In this document: in pieces, positions 12,820 to 26,100 of the stretch
Layout of the letters: each line of letters opens with the position of its first letter
Numbering within the stretch: the stretch's first letter is position 1
From: Mobula hypostoma
Lineage: Eukaryota
Reading direction: 5' to 3'
DNA: 64,000 nucleotides
Assembly: GCF_963921235.1 (NCBI RefSeq)
Contig: NC_086111.1
Span: 38,750,001 to 38,814,000, forward strand
Program-made: the position numbers and the translations under genes
Notes under the pieces: generated by a model
What the model saw: the letters and a program-made list of their open reading frames with translations, nothing else
What the model was told of the DNA's origin: nothing
Databases searched by the model: none

Positions 12820-13715
12820 TGTGTGCTATACAACACAGCACAGTACAAGCTCTTCGGCCTATGATTTAGTGCCGGCCTTTTAATTTACTCTAGATCATTC
12901 CACCATTCCCTCCTACATAGCTCTCAATTTTTCTTTCACCCATGTTCCTGTCTAACAAATTCTTAAATGTCTCTAATGTATCTGCGTCTATCATAACCCC
13001 TGACAGCACATTGTGTGCACCCACCACTCTGTGATTTTTTTTTTAAAAGCTACTTCTGACATCCGCCCCCCCCCCCCATACTTTCCTCCAATCACCTTAA
13101 AATTACATCCCCTCACATGAGCCATTTTCATCCTTTGGGGAAAAGTCTAGCTGTCTACTCGTCTATGTGTCTTATTTAATTATACACCTGAATCAAGTCA
13201 CTTGTCCTCCTTTGTTCCAGAGAGAAAAGTCCTAGCTTGCTCAAGCTATCCTCATCAGACAAAACTCTCTAATCCATGCAGCATCTTGGTAAATATCCTC
13301 TGCCCCTTCTCTGAAGCTTCCACATCCTTCTTGTGTTGAAGGAGCTGGAACTGAACACATGCTTCAAGTGTGGTCTGACCAGAGTTTTATAGAGCTGCAA
13401 AGTTATCTCATGCTTCTTGAACCCAATCCCTCAACTAACGAAGGCCACAACATGATGCTCCTTAATCAACCTATATCAACTTGTGTGGCAATTTTGAGAG
13501 TTCTATGGACATGAACCCCAATGTCCCTCTGTTCCTCCACACTGCTAATAATCCTGTCAGTAACACTGTACTCTGCTTTCAAGTTTGACCTTCACACTTT
13601 TCTGGATTGAACTGCATCTGCCACTTCTCAGCCCTTCTCTGCATCCATGCAGTGTCCCGGTGTAATCTACAACACCTTTCTATACTACCCACAACACCAC
13701 CAACCTTTGGGAATT
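12820..13715 (-). mobile_element. Degenerate CR1 LINE 3' fragment
   Basis: Reverse strand encodes remnants of LYKTLVRPHLK and related ORF2 C-terminal motifs, plus a CR1 3' UTR. Confidence 0.8.
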
Positions 13716-14924
13716 TTCCAGTTCAAAAGAATCTGAAATGGATAATAGAATGTATACCCTTGAAGTTCCTCAAATCCAGTACAGGATGCAGCAAGGCAAT
13801 CCTATATGTTCATTGCCCTTGACCAAAATGGTTTAATGTTGTAGAGGACAATTAAGAGTTTGGGGAAAGGCAGTAGATTTTTTTTCTCAAAATGACATGT
13901 TTGAACATGATCAGATTTTGCCGCAATAAAATAATTTCATGATCACCTTATCTGATGCTATCCTTTTCCTAAATGCAGAATTTATTTAAATAATTGAATT
14001 TAAACCCAGATGTCAGGATGCAATTCTATCCTCGGTGCAGGTCTCCGGTTAACCTGTGTAGTAATTAATTAGTGTACTACTATAGTGGCATGATAAATTG
14101 ATTCTGTCTCACTTGATGTTAACTGAAAGGCCATCTATCCATTTTTCCAACTGCCTCCCATTATGCATTATCATATTCTTCAAGAGAAAAAAATGCTTCA
14201 GTGAATATCTTGCTGAGTTGCAATATTGGCTTCTGCCAATATTTACTCTGTATGCATCTCTGATGGATATTGGAAGAACCTTCTGCATCCTAAGGGATGC
14301 AGGGTATTATATCCCCTTATCTCTTAAAATCTCCAGTGCAATATTTTTGATTTTTTAAATGTTTTTTTCCTGAAACATGTTCTAAGTGTCAAAGTACTGA
14401 AGTCACATATCTGAAGAATTTACAAATTCACCTCCCTTTTAAGTGGTGCAGAAAACATCGGAATCAGGTTGAATATCATTGGCATATGTTGCTTTATGTT
14501 AGCAGTATATTGAAATACATAACAATAAAAGTTGCAAGAAGAAATGCTTATAGGATCATAAGTTTTAAAACAAAAGGTCTTAAAACGATGTTTCTTACTG
14601 AAGTACCCAAGGCTGTGACTGGATTTTAGTTGTATTGGATCTAAATAGGAAAATTTGATGTTTCCCATCAGAGCTGCATGCAAAGAGTTTTGGTACATCT
14701 TTTCACCACATACACTAAGGAAGCAGCCAACCATTTATGATATTATGCAGCTACAATAGGGCAACGAACAGCATAGAAGCATGGGCATTACAGCAATCAC
14801 TTTAAAAAGCAGCTTTGTCCGCAGCACAGAATGGGTGTGACTTAATTGTCTACTATAATCCTCATGATGTTTTTGAAGATTATGTTACAAGTGAAGAATT
14901 GACTAAGGAGCAGTGACTCGATCA

Positions 14925-15135
14925 TGACTGATTTTTCTTTTAACCCCATTTTCCTGCTTTTTCATCATACCTCTTAGTTCCCTTACCAATCAAGAAGTTG
15001 CCAATACACCCAATGGGTTTGCCTTCACAGCCTTTTGTTGCAATGCCTTCCACAGATTCACCACCTGCTGGCTGAAGCTATTCCTCCTCTTCTCAGTTTT
15101 AAAAGGAACATCCTTTTATTCTGAGATGTACCCTG
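14925..15135 (-). mobile_element. Short CR1 3' fragment
   Basis: ttccacagattcaccacctgctggctgaagctattcctcctc is the reverse complement of the RNFF.QRVVNLWN region. Confidence 0.6.
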
Positions 15136-16404
15136 CCTTGTAGCCCAGAAATGATTTTATTCCTGAAAGGGTGAATGAAATGTATGCTGTGTATGGGGTA
15201 GGTGCACTGCACTACATATGGGCCTTCCCTACTTATCTCTATTGCAGGGCTATGGAGGAAGTCATGATGAAGAAGTGGGGATAATTAGTCTCTAGGAGAG
15301 ATTTGGAGACTGCATACCTGGAATCAGAGTTGAGAACAGAATGGGAAGACACGTCAAGAATTAGGACACAAGTTTGCAATGTTAGGAAATTGGTTACTGT
15401 ATATAGTTTGTTAAGGTAGTGGCTGGAGATTGATATGACGGAATGATATTGCAAAGTGGGATTTATAAAGATACGGTAGCGGATTAATCATTGCATATTT
15501 AGGGAGTTTGACCACCAAGAATGATGAGAGTGAGTCAGTATATGTACGGAGCAGCTGGCCAGAAGAATTTTTCAAGGTTATTAGGGAAGGTCTTTAAGAC
15601 CAATAATTTGAAGCCTAGTTTCCCCTTCAACAGAGTAGGTGAAGAAGCCTCACCCCTTAACAAATGCAGAAGCAGACCACTGTGTTTTAATTGATGCCTA
15701 CTTTTATGAATGACCAAGTCAAGAAATTTTGCTTGTGATGTCAAAATATGCCATCCTCGCTGTTTCTGTGTATCAAGTGCAAGTACGTCTCAGAACAAAA
15801 TTCAGAAATTGCATGATCCACACAAAGAATACAACTCAAGTTTCAAATTGAATTTTTGTGTTGGGTACGGAAGAGTTGTGCTATCTGAAACAATTTATGA
15901 TTCACTGTTTTTCAAAGTAGACTAGGATGGGACATTTACTTTAAAGGAATACTCTAGAATAAATATTATAGATGCTTCTTTTGGTTTTCTTTATTGACAT
16001 CGTTGATAAACTTTCATTGTGACTCACTAACCCAGAAAGTAGACCTCAATATCTTCATGAGGTTAAATAATCAGTCTTTGTAGACCAGTTGTAAAACTAC
16101 ATTATTACTAAGAGAAGCACATGTGGTCACAGGTGTTAGTACAGGTGTAATGTGTCTTTATTATCATAACAAATCTAGGAACAATGTTTAAAACCTAGGG
16201 CATTAACTTATTTGATCAAATTATTTGATCAATTTGTATTTGAAAATATTCAGCAAAAGGAAAGGATTGTCTAAAGATAAATTTTCAAAGTGTCTTTCAA
16301 AATTTTCAAAAATCAGTTGAATCTTTGAATCGGTTTTGTATGTTCTTCTGTGACTTGAGATCTATTTATAGATCCTCTGAAAATTTTTTTTATTTAAAAT
16401 ATTT

Positions 16405-17640
16405 GACCATAACAATTTCGAATAGGATTAGAACAGCCCCTTGAACTTGATGCATCATTCAATAAGATCATGGATGATGAACCTTTCCTAACATTTACTT
16501 GCATGCACTCTTCCCAATACTCTAAGTCTCTTGGCTTTGAATATATTTAACTGTTCAGCCTTCACAGTTTGAGGTAAGGAATTCCAAAGACTAGTGTTGC
16601 TATGAGAAACAATATTCCTCCTTAACTCAGTTTTAAATGCGTGCAATCTTATTTTGTTACAGTGCCTCCAGATGGTTACATGACTCTCCATGAGACACCT
16701 TACAACCTTAATACATTTCAGTATAGTGTAGTCATCTCTTGTTCTTCTGAGTACAAACACAACCTGCTCAGCTGTTCATTTGACAGCCCTTTCATACTCA
16801 GGTTCATGAACTGTCTACAATAATAATAGCTTTCCTTAAATTAGGGTGTTAAAACTGTTCACAACATTCTAGATGTCTCATTTATGCCTTGTACAATTTC
16901 AGTAATATTTCCTTAAACTTGTACTTCAGTTTGCTTGTAATAAAATTCAGCATTCCATTAGTTTTTCCTGATTATTTTCTGCACCTGTTTACTATCTTTC
17001 TATTTCATGTACGAAAGCTCCCAAATCCCTTCTGTGTTCCAAATACTCTGCTTTTTCATCTTTTCATCTTTCTTTCCAAAGTCACCAACTTCACCTATTT
17101 CTACTTTGCCTTCTGTTTGTTAACTTTGCCCATTTATATAACTCGTATCCTCCTCTCAGTTTGCTTTTCCACCAACCTTTGTATCTGTAAATGTTGCCAC
17201 AGTACGTTTTGTTCCTTTCTCTAAATCATGAATTTATATTAGTCAACATCCGCAGTCCGGACAGTGATCCTTGTGGCACCCCACTGGTTACAGATCAGCA
17301 ACCTGGTAATGACCCTTTTTCTGTATGCATTGCTTTTGTTTGCTTGCAAACATTCTATCATACAAATATATTACCTCTATTACCATGATCTTGTATCTTG
17401 TGAAGTACTCTTTCATCTGATGCTTTGTTAAATATCTTCTGCAAATCCAAATTTATTGCATCTTTTTGTTCTCTCAATACTATGGCTGACACTTTATCTA
17501 TCTATTTATTTATTTAGCGATACAGCGTGGAGTAGGCCCTTTGAGCCATACCTCCTTAAGAAATTCATAATACTCAGATTGTCAGACATGATAGCCCCTT
17601 TGTGAAGTTATGCTGACCCCGCTTCATCAGATTACAACCT
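16405..17640 (-). mobile_element. Degenerate CR1 LINE fragment
   Basis: Reverse strand gives FKTELRRN..., the SGVPQGS motif (gatccttgtggcaccccactggttac), LDLQKIF and QHNFTKGLSCLT. Confidence 0.75.
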
Positions 17641-17821
17641 TCCAAATGTTCAGCTGTTACCACCTCAATAATAAAACTGTATATTTTATTCCGATAATAG
17701 ACACCTATAGTTTGTTTAAAAACGCAAATGAAGGAAATCTGCAGATGCTGAAATTTCAAGCAACACACGTAAAAATTGTTGGTGAACGCAGCAGACCAGG
17801 CAGCATCTATAGGAAGAGGTA

Positions 17822-17859
17822 TAGTCGACGTTTCGGGCCGAGACCCTTCGTCAGGACTA
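17822..17859 (-). ncRNA. Minimal type I hammerhead ribozyme with intact core
   Basis: Minus strand reads UAGUC-CUGACGA-A-GGG(UCUCGG)CCC-GAAA-C-GUC^GACUA: stem I UAGUC/GACUA, stem II, palindromic minimal stem III. Predicted cleavage between 17827 and 17826. Confidence 0.8.
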
Positions 17860-18511
17860 ACTGAAAGAAGAGATAGTAAAAGATTTGAAAGTGGGAGGGG
17901 GAGATCCAAAATGATAGGAGAAGACGGAAGGGGGAGGGATGGAGCTAAGAGCTTGAAAGTTGATTGGCAAAAGGGATATGAGAGGATCATGGGACGGGAG
18001 GCCCAGGGAGAAAGAAAGGGGGAGGGGGGAAGCCCAGACAATGGGCAAGGAGTATAGTGAGAGGGACAGAGGGAGAAAAAGGAGAGAGAGAGAGAGAGAG
18101 AGAGAGGGGGAAAAAATAATAAAAATTAAATAACGGATGGGGTACAAAGGGGAGGTGGGGCATTAACGGGAAGTTAGAGAAGTCAATGTAACCTCCAACC
18201 TGATGGCATGAACATTGACTTCTCTAACTCCCCGGTTAATGCCCCACCTTCCCTTCGTACCCCATCCATTACTTATTTATCTTTTATTATCATATATTTT
18301 TTCTCTCTCTCTCCTTTTTCTCCCTCTGTCCTCACTATACTCCTTGCCCATCCTCTGGGCTTACCCCCCCCCTTTCTTTCTCCCTAGGCCTCCCATCCCA
18401 TGATCCTCTCATATCCCTTTTGCCAATCAACTTTCCAGCTCTTAGCTCCATCCCTTCCCCCCATCCCTTCCCCCTCCCACTTTCAAATCTCTTATTATCT
18501 CTTCTTTCATT

Positions 18512-18549
18512 TAGTCCTGGCGAAGGGTCTCGGCCCGAAGCGTCGACTG
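18512..18549 (+). ncRNA. Hammerhead copy with mutated core, likely inactive
   Basis: UAGUC-CUGGCGA-AGGGUCUCGGCCC-GAAG-CGUC-GACUG; A>G at 18520 (A6) and 18540 (A15.1). Confidence 0.65.
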
Positions 18550-18759
18550 TACCTCTTCCTAGAGATGCTGCCTGGCCTGCTGCGTTCACCAGCAACTTTT
18601 ATGTGTGTTGCACCTATAGTTTGTGTCTTTTTTATTTCTTATTCTTTCTGAATTACATCCTTTCCAACTGCTGTATCTAGAGCTCACAGTTTTAGCTATC
18701 TGAATTGAGTCTGCCTGGTCCTTTACTTTTGCAAAGAAAATAACCTTGGTTAATCCAGT

Positions 18760-19200
18760 CTTATAGCTAAAATTTTCAATTTCAGGCATTGTTTCTGTAT
18801 ATGACCTCTACATGCTCTCTGATGTAATGTGATGATCAAAACTGTGTCACAGTAGTCATGTTCTTGTGTACAATTCCAGCACATCTTTACTTTTATATTC
18901 CACCCCTCAGCCAATGAGAACAAACATCCTGTATGCTTTTTAAGCACTTCATTGTGACCTGTCCCATTGCCTTTAAGGACATATGAATGTATTCCAAGGT
19001 CCCCTCTGTTCTTCCAAACCTCTTAGTACCCTCCCATTTACTACTTCTACCTCCCAAATGCAAATTAAATTTCATTTGCCAAGTTTCTGCCCAATTTACC
19101 AATCCATATTAAATTTTCCATCTCACTGTCCACTACGCAACCACTTTTATACGTAAGTGTTCTCCACTTTTAAATCTAAATCATTAATGTGTAAAACAAA
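18760..19200 (-). mobile_element. Degenerate CR1 fragment
   Basis: Minus ORF remnant LVNWAETWQMKFN. Confidence 0.65.
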
Positions 19201-19270
19201 TACTGAATCCCATTTTTAAAAAAGTGCAAAAAACATCCTTCCAGTTGCACACATACTCATCGGTCATTAT

Positions 19271-19513
19271 TGATATGTTTAGTAACTCCAAAACAAAAAT
19301 AATTGAATGGAAAACAAGAGAATTGGGAATGCAAGTGGAACTTGGTCTTTACTTTTAAATGAGGTGCACATGTCTGTCATGCTGTCATTTGTCATTTGTC
19401 ATTCATGTGCTTTTACGTATAACCCATAATGAAGTACTCAAGTAGAGCAGAATGCCAATCAAACAATATATTTACAATATTACTCAAATTATTGAAATAT
19501 TAACTAGACAACA
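19271..19513 (-). mobile_element. Solo LTR of the same Gypsy family as 19755-22306
   Basis: TG...CA ends, colinear similarity to both LTRs of the adjacent element, 5-bp TSD ATTAT (19266-19270 / 19514-19518). Confidence 0.75.
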
Positions 19514-19754
19514 ATTATCTTTTGCAGTTTTCATGTGTGCACTGACAAAATCCAATTTCTCACCCAATCCCTCCATTATCCAGATGGTTTGCCTTACTTT
19601 CAGATTTGGGAATACTCAAGCCACTATCTTAATATTACTTGGGTTGTTTAGTTCCTAGTAATATTCACACTATACAAGTACTTCACAATGTCTGCCTCTA
19701 GCAAGTAGCTAAACACATAGCCTGGCCATTCAGCAATATTATAATTATGGGGCC

Positions 19755-22306
19755 TGTTGTGTTTTGTATCTTCAAAACATAGAATTAATTGGATTAAAAA
19801 TGAGGAGCTGAGAGATGCGAGTCTAACTTTGTTTTTTTTTACTTTAAGTGAGTTGTGCCTATTTCAGATGGTGGTGCCATAACGTATGCAATTCATGTAT
19901 TTTTACATATAACCTGTAATGTATTATTTAAACAAAGCATGTTTAATCAATAACATGTTTACAAAATTATTCAAATACTCCAGAAATATTAAATACACAA
20001 CACTCTTCCCTGCTTAGGTGTAAACACCAACTCAATAGAGAACGCATCGCAACTTAGCATAGAAACATCTACAGCATAGTATATTTTAGATTGTCCCATT
20101 CAGGCTTAAAGATTTCATTGCTGTGGAGGATATTTTACTCTTGTGGAACAAAGTCTTTCTTGACAAGGGGATCACTCTGCTTGGCAGTTGAGACTTGTGG
20201 CTGTGAAAATAATTTCAGGTTCTGGGCCTCCTTTGTTGTGGTTGTGGGAGGTGACTCTGAAACTGGAAGAAGTGGCTGTGACACCTCTGGATATGGATAC
20301 TTTTCTTCTTTTCTCAGCTTTGCCTCTATCCCTTTTTCTTTATCACTTTCTTTTACATGCCTTTCTCTTGATGACATTCTTTCTGTCTATCACCTTTTTT
20401 TTTGAACTTCTTTTCTCTCTTTTTCTTCTCTCCAGGATGTGCATTGTTCACTGGAAAATTTTATCAATCCTTCTGTTGCTCCCTTTACAATCTGATCTGT
20501 CCTTTTGTTTTCCTCATCCACAACATCATCTGATGAATCCTCTGTTTTGGTATCTCCATTGACTCCTTTCCTTTTGGTCTTCCATTCATCTAGCTGGACT
20601 TTGGTCTTTGCATCTGCTTTTACAAGCAGCTTTTTGTCTCCCACTTGAAGTTTATGTAATAACCTTAATTCACTAAAGCAAATTCCAGTTCTTTATAGTC
20701 ACAAAAGCCAAATGCTTGCAATGGTGGCATGCAAATGGTGGCTAGATCTCCAGTGATGGTGTCGTTGTCTCAGCCAATCACACCTCCACAATGCCCTCCT
20801 GTTTTTTACCACATACAAGCCCAAAGTGGCTTGTTGATTATTGTATTTCACTGTTAACATTTGTCATTTCCACAGGAGCTACCTTTTCTCCAGTATAAGT
20901 TCTCAGTTGGATAACTGCAGGCTTCAGTTCAGTACCTTTTGAAATGCCATTCAAACTCATTTTGTGGAATGACTGAAACAGCAGAGCCAGTGTCCAATTC
21001 TATTTTAATTAATTTGCAGTTCACTTCTGGTTTAAGTCATGCTGTTTGCCTATGTTATTTTTCACATTGTAAATCTCAGTCCTGTGTCACTCTTATCATG
21101 ATCAGATTTTTTTGTCTATAGAATGCAGATTAGTGCTCTGTTTGAAACGGCAGCTTCTTATGTTTTTCTCTTCACAGTGTAGTCCATTTATTTTTGTCTG
21201 CCCAAAATATTCTTTATATGTGTCCTACTTTGTTGCATTTACTGCAAGTTTAACCATTAAGCCTGCATTGATCTGGTGTATGTGAGCTCCTGCTACAGCA
21301 GTAAAATTTGTTAGGCCAGGCCAGTTTGGGTTTAAACATTGCAATTTTGTTCTCACTCACTTTCATTCCTGACTGCAACACAATTGCATCTCTGCTGTTT
21401 CCATTGATACAGGTATTTCAAGTTCTCTTTTAAATGTGAGTTATGCTTCAGTTATGAGCCGTTTTTTGAATGCTTTCTTGTAAGATTCCAGAAACTAAAT
21501 GATTTCTCAGTGTGTCATTAAGCCCATCATTGAACTGACAATGCTCAGACAATTTTTTTCAATTCAGCCACTTACGCTGAAATGGACTCTGCTTCCTTTT
21601 GATTCTGTTTATGAAATTTAAACTGTTCTGCAATCAAAAATGTTTTCAGCTCAAAATGTTCCTACAATATTAGTAATACTCATTTCTGCTGGTTTGGTTG
21701 AAGCACTTAAAGTTCAAAGCAATTTGTAAGTCTTTAAATCCAATGCATTCAGCAAAATTGGCACACACTTCTCATTGGCTATTTCATTTGCTTTACAATA
21801 CTGCTCAATCTTTTCTGCATATAAAATCAAGTTATCTGTTGCGTGTAATCGAATGCATCAATCTTTCCAATGTAGCCAGCCATTTCTGTTCTTTTCTTTA
21901 ATGATTATTATCTCCTGGCACTCACTGTTTATGAAGCTGTGAATACTTCTGTTTTCTGCCTTTTTTATAAAAAAAACTCTACTGCATTTTCCCTTCCGCA
22001 AATCATGTGTGCACTCCAGCGGGTAGATAGTCGTCTCGGTTTCATTTAAAACTACCTCGCTGCCACCGTTATGTTTTGTAATTCCAGAAATTAAAAAGTA
22101 ATTGAAAGGAAAACAAGATAACTCGTGTATGCTCATTTTTACTTTAAGCGAGGCACGCACATCACGTATGGTAGCATCATCACGTATGCAAATTATTTAT
22201 TTTTACATATAACCCATAATGAATTATTTAGTCAAACAAAGCATGCGTAATCAACAATATATTTACAAGATTATTTAAATATTACAGAAATATTAAATAC
22301 ACAACA
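19755..22306 (-). mobile_element. Internally deleted Ty3/Gypsy LTR retrotransposon (gag and protease retained as pseudogene; RT/RNase H/integrase largely missing)
   Basis: LTRs 19755-20002 and 22067-22306; TSD GGGCC both sides; PPT (aagcagggaagag on -) at 20003-20015; PBS-like TGGCAGCGAGG next to the 5' LTR. Minus-strand remnants MAGYIGKIDAFD (gag), Zn-knuckles and IELDTGSAVSVI (aspartic protease). Confidence 0.85.
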
Positions 22307-22739
22307 GGGCCCCTATTCATCAAAGTCCTAGGGTTAACCCTTGCTCAGAAGTGTATCAAGATCCGTCATATGTATATTGTGCTTCAGATGTGTAGGCTAG
22401 AAGTCTATCTTGTCTGAGGCCCCCCATCTCTATCTTTCCAACCTCCACTTAAGTCCTTCCATTAACTAAAGGGAAGTATGGAATACACTAAGTTGAATGT
22501 AGCTTCCACATTGCTCAAGAACTCAAGACCATCTGTCAAATTTTGTCCTGTTGATTAGCACCCAATATTTGATCCACTATTTTATACAATTATTGCTGCT
22601 TCACCGCAGGGGCTGAATTGTTTATCATTACAAAATCCACCCTCCCTCATCTGTATAAATGTTAATTCTAGCTATGATTATGCTATACTGTCCTAGCTAA
22701 TCAATCATACTTGTTTTCTTCTCTCTACCCTTAAAGAAC

Positions 22740-23132
22740 ATCCAGCATTCTTCTGATTTATTTAGTAGCCATTCTGCTTCAACATTGTGCTTGCTTACTT
22801 AGGTTGTTTTAGCAACACCTTAATATTGTCATTTTTATTTCCAAATCCATGCCTTCGTTCCCTGCCATCTCTATCATTTCCCCAGCCCTGCACCCCTTTG
22901 AGGTAACTGCCAAGTTCCTGTTCTGTCCTCTTGACCTTCCTGAATTTTATGATTGCTGGCTGTGTTTTTAAGTTCTCTGACTGTAATTCTGGAAATATCC
23001 ACCTCATTCCTTAAAGCCTTCCACTGAACAAGCTATTGCCATCTACCTTTATGACCCAGTGTCAGATTTTGCTTGATACTGAAATATCTTGGGACAATTT
23101 TCTGTGCGAAAAGTACTAAAGTATAAGTTGTT
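22740..23132 (+). mobile_element. Degenerate L2-type 3' end
   Basis: Ends atcttgggacaattttctgtgcgaaaagtactaaagtataagttgtt, resembling the L2/SINE tail. Confidence 0.4.
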
Positions 23133-26100
23133 ATACAGTAAATTGTCTTTTCCACTAACATCTCTGGCTCTTTTTCATATGAAGATCTGAGGAAGCAAAT
23201 AGGATATTAATTTATTTATATTTCTATCAATGAAAGCCATTATGAAATTAATTTCTGGTAACGTTCAGAATCCAGAAATCAATTTTGCAGCTTCTTTTTC
23301 TCCTCCTTTCCTAGTTCCTGACTTTGCAGCAGTTAATGCAGTAATCTATTTCCCAAAAATCTTCTGTTTTTACTTTGAACGTATGATTCATCCGAAATTA
23401 AATGGTTAATTTTTAAATCATATTTCTAGTTGCCACCTAAGAATAAAACAGTTGTATCCTTCATAGTGATTGAGCACTAAGGGCTTTGTACTTTGTGAGT
23501 GACATCATTCAATAACTGAATGGAGGTTGCTACATAAAAAGATTCCAATGTACTGGATATATTTTACTACACAGGCAATTTAGCATAAAACACAATCTCC
23601 ATTCAGTATATTCAGAACCAGGAAGTTGCTTTTAAAAAAGGCTCCTAAAAGCCAATGATGTCATACATAATATGTTTATCCTGAATATTTTAAATTTAAA
23701 GGCAAAAGCAGAAAAACGGTTTCCATAAGTTTATGTTGTGGAATTTGGATTATATATTGAAAGTACAAATAGATTGCAAGTTAATCCTATTGCACCATAT
23801 TTTGTGATATTGATAAATATCTACACTATTTTATTTATCTTTGAGAGAATTGTTTACTTCAATTACTGAATTTTTGAACTTGCAACATGTTGTGCAACTA
23901 AATTTTCCTGTTATTCACTTACTCACTTTAAAGTGTAGATTGCATATAAAAGGATAATTTACGCAGTGTAGTAAAACACGGCTTACTAGTTACATGCAGT
24001 ATAAATAGTAATCGCTAAATGATGCTGATTTCCCCCCTCCCTTTGCTTATTACAGAGGCAGATTTTTTCCATCATTAATGAAGGTAATTTGTTGTGGTTG
24101 AGGGATTACAATTCAAAAGAATTAATTCAGCATTCCCACTCCAAGATTTAAACACATCTTGGACTTTTTCACAGGTTGCTGTTAGTGGATGGTGTTACTC
24201 TCGCATAGCAGCTAATGGACTTGAACCACAGCCTGTCATTTATTGTTACCTAAGTGTGTAGGTCCTTTGCCCTTGATGGTGTCTGTGCTTTCCTAGCAGA
24301 GCAAGTGTGTTTAGTACCGCATTACATATACATGATATATTTTAAATATACTTTAGTAAGTATCAAAGTGACTTTTATGCAGTATAGTCAGCTAATTCTA
24401 TTAAAAACTGAAAGTAGAATTGTTGAAGGAGATGCCACTTTTTAACTCTTTCAAATTAAACTTGGTATCTTATTTTTATGCTGTTTCTTTTTGTGGCATC
24501 TATAAATAATAGCAGTTTGATTGCTCAGATAATGAACAATATAAAAAATATAAAAAGCAAAAAATCAGAAAGGCATTTCATATGTTTTTGGTTTTCACAC
24601 TATTTTCATGAACAAATGACCAGTGAAGCTATTTCCAAATTAAAGACCTTTTTTAAATCTGCTATGATCTGTAAAATTTCTGACATTGTTGAAATAAGAT
24701 GCTTTCCCATTCTCAATTAACTTAAAGCAGGGGTGTTAAAGATGCAGAAAGCCAGTGCTGATGATTGCGAGTACATGAAAATGCAATATCTTAATGGTAC
24801 ATATTTTCATGTGGCAGCTCTGTTGCCTTTCATTTTGCAGCTAATATGTCTATTCTTATGAGTCATTTACTTCTTTAATTACCTTTTGGAACCGAGGCAT
24901 CGTAATGTATTAATGCGGATGATTTTTACAGCCAGTTTATCATACAATGCCCCTGAAGTTGAAAGATATAATTGACTTGGAAGAGCAGCTCATGAATGAA
25001 ACAATATTTAGTTGATGGTTTCCTTATAGTCTTGGATGGAGTTTAACAAATATATATGAGACTAAGAGGTAATGCAGTCAATTAAGAAAAAAACGCAGAA
25101 AGAGGGTCCCAAATAAATTAACACAACAGGACTTCCTTTATGCATCATCTTATTTTTAACTAAGTAATATATTCATTAATGTTTTACAAATTTAGCATTG
25201 TGTGTTCTATGACGCTCTTAGCCTTGCAGTGCAGTTTTTGATGTACAATAAATATAAGACTAATATTGTAGCCAAGAAAATTAGCAGTAATGATATTTTC
25301 ATTAAAATCTTATTAACTAGACTCAACTAGACTTTGTCACATTATACAAAAGTGTTGTGTATTTAATAAGCAAGTATTATCTTGTATTTTAACATTTTTT
25401 ACAAACCATATTTAAATTCAAAGCATGTTTAAAATAAATCACGAGGACTAATAAATACTATGCACTCTTTTAAAGGGTTAGCTGTCATGCTCTTGACTGT
25501 ATATAGTGTAATTTAACTAACATATTGGAAATTCTCTTGCCATGTGTTCTTAAGATAGTGGTGAGCAAGATTAGGATATCCAAACAAAGTGTGGGTCTCC
25601 TGTAAACTGAACCTGTCAACTAGACATAGCTTTGCTGACCTACCAAGTGTTCAGGTCAGTATCTGGTACCAGGCACTAGCTTCATTTACAGCTTACAGGA
25701 GGACCATTGAAGGGGAAGATATTTATGTGACTTAGTTGGATTTCTTTTTGTTCATGTAGAAATAACTATTGTGTAAAAATTCCTCAAGTACATATTTTCC
25801 CACAATATAATTTTGAAATTTAGGAAGCACAATATTTTGTAATAAATAGAGGTATAATTCACTCAGACAGTAAAATTTTAATCTTTTGTGTTGTATTGCT
25901 TCCTTGCATTTCTAGTCTTATTTCTTAATGCAACAGAAGAAAACGTGAAGAATAATTTACCACAGTAAATATAACAATTTGTCAGTATAGTAAATGGCTG
26001 CTTATATGCACAGATAGTCAGACATTTTCCACATCCAACCCTAACATTGCCACTACCTCCTAGTGTCTATCCATCCTGTTATTCTCCCCAACCACATACT

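Larger units (their letters stand above)
17716..18610. mobile_element. Palindromic Penelope-like insertion: two inverted pLTR arms, one hammerhead per arm
   Basis: Arm about 17760-18189 is the reverse complement of about 18212-18610 (roughly 90% identical by eye). 14-bp TSD CACCTATAGTTTGT at 17702-17715 and 18611-18624. Confidence 0.85.
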
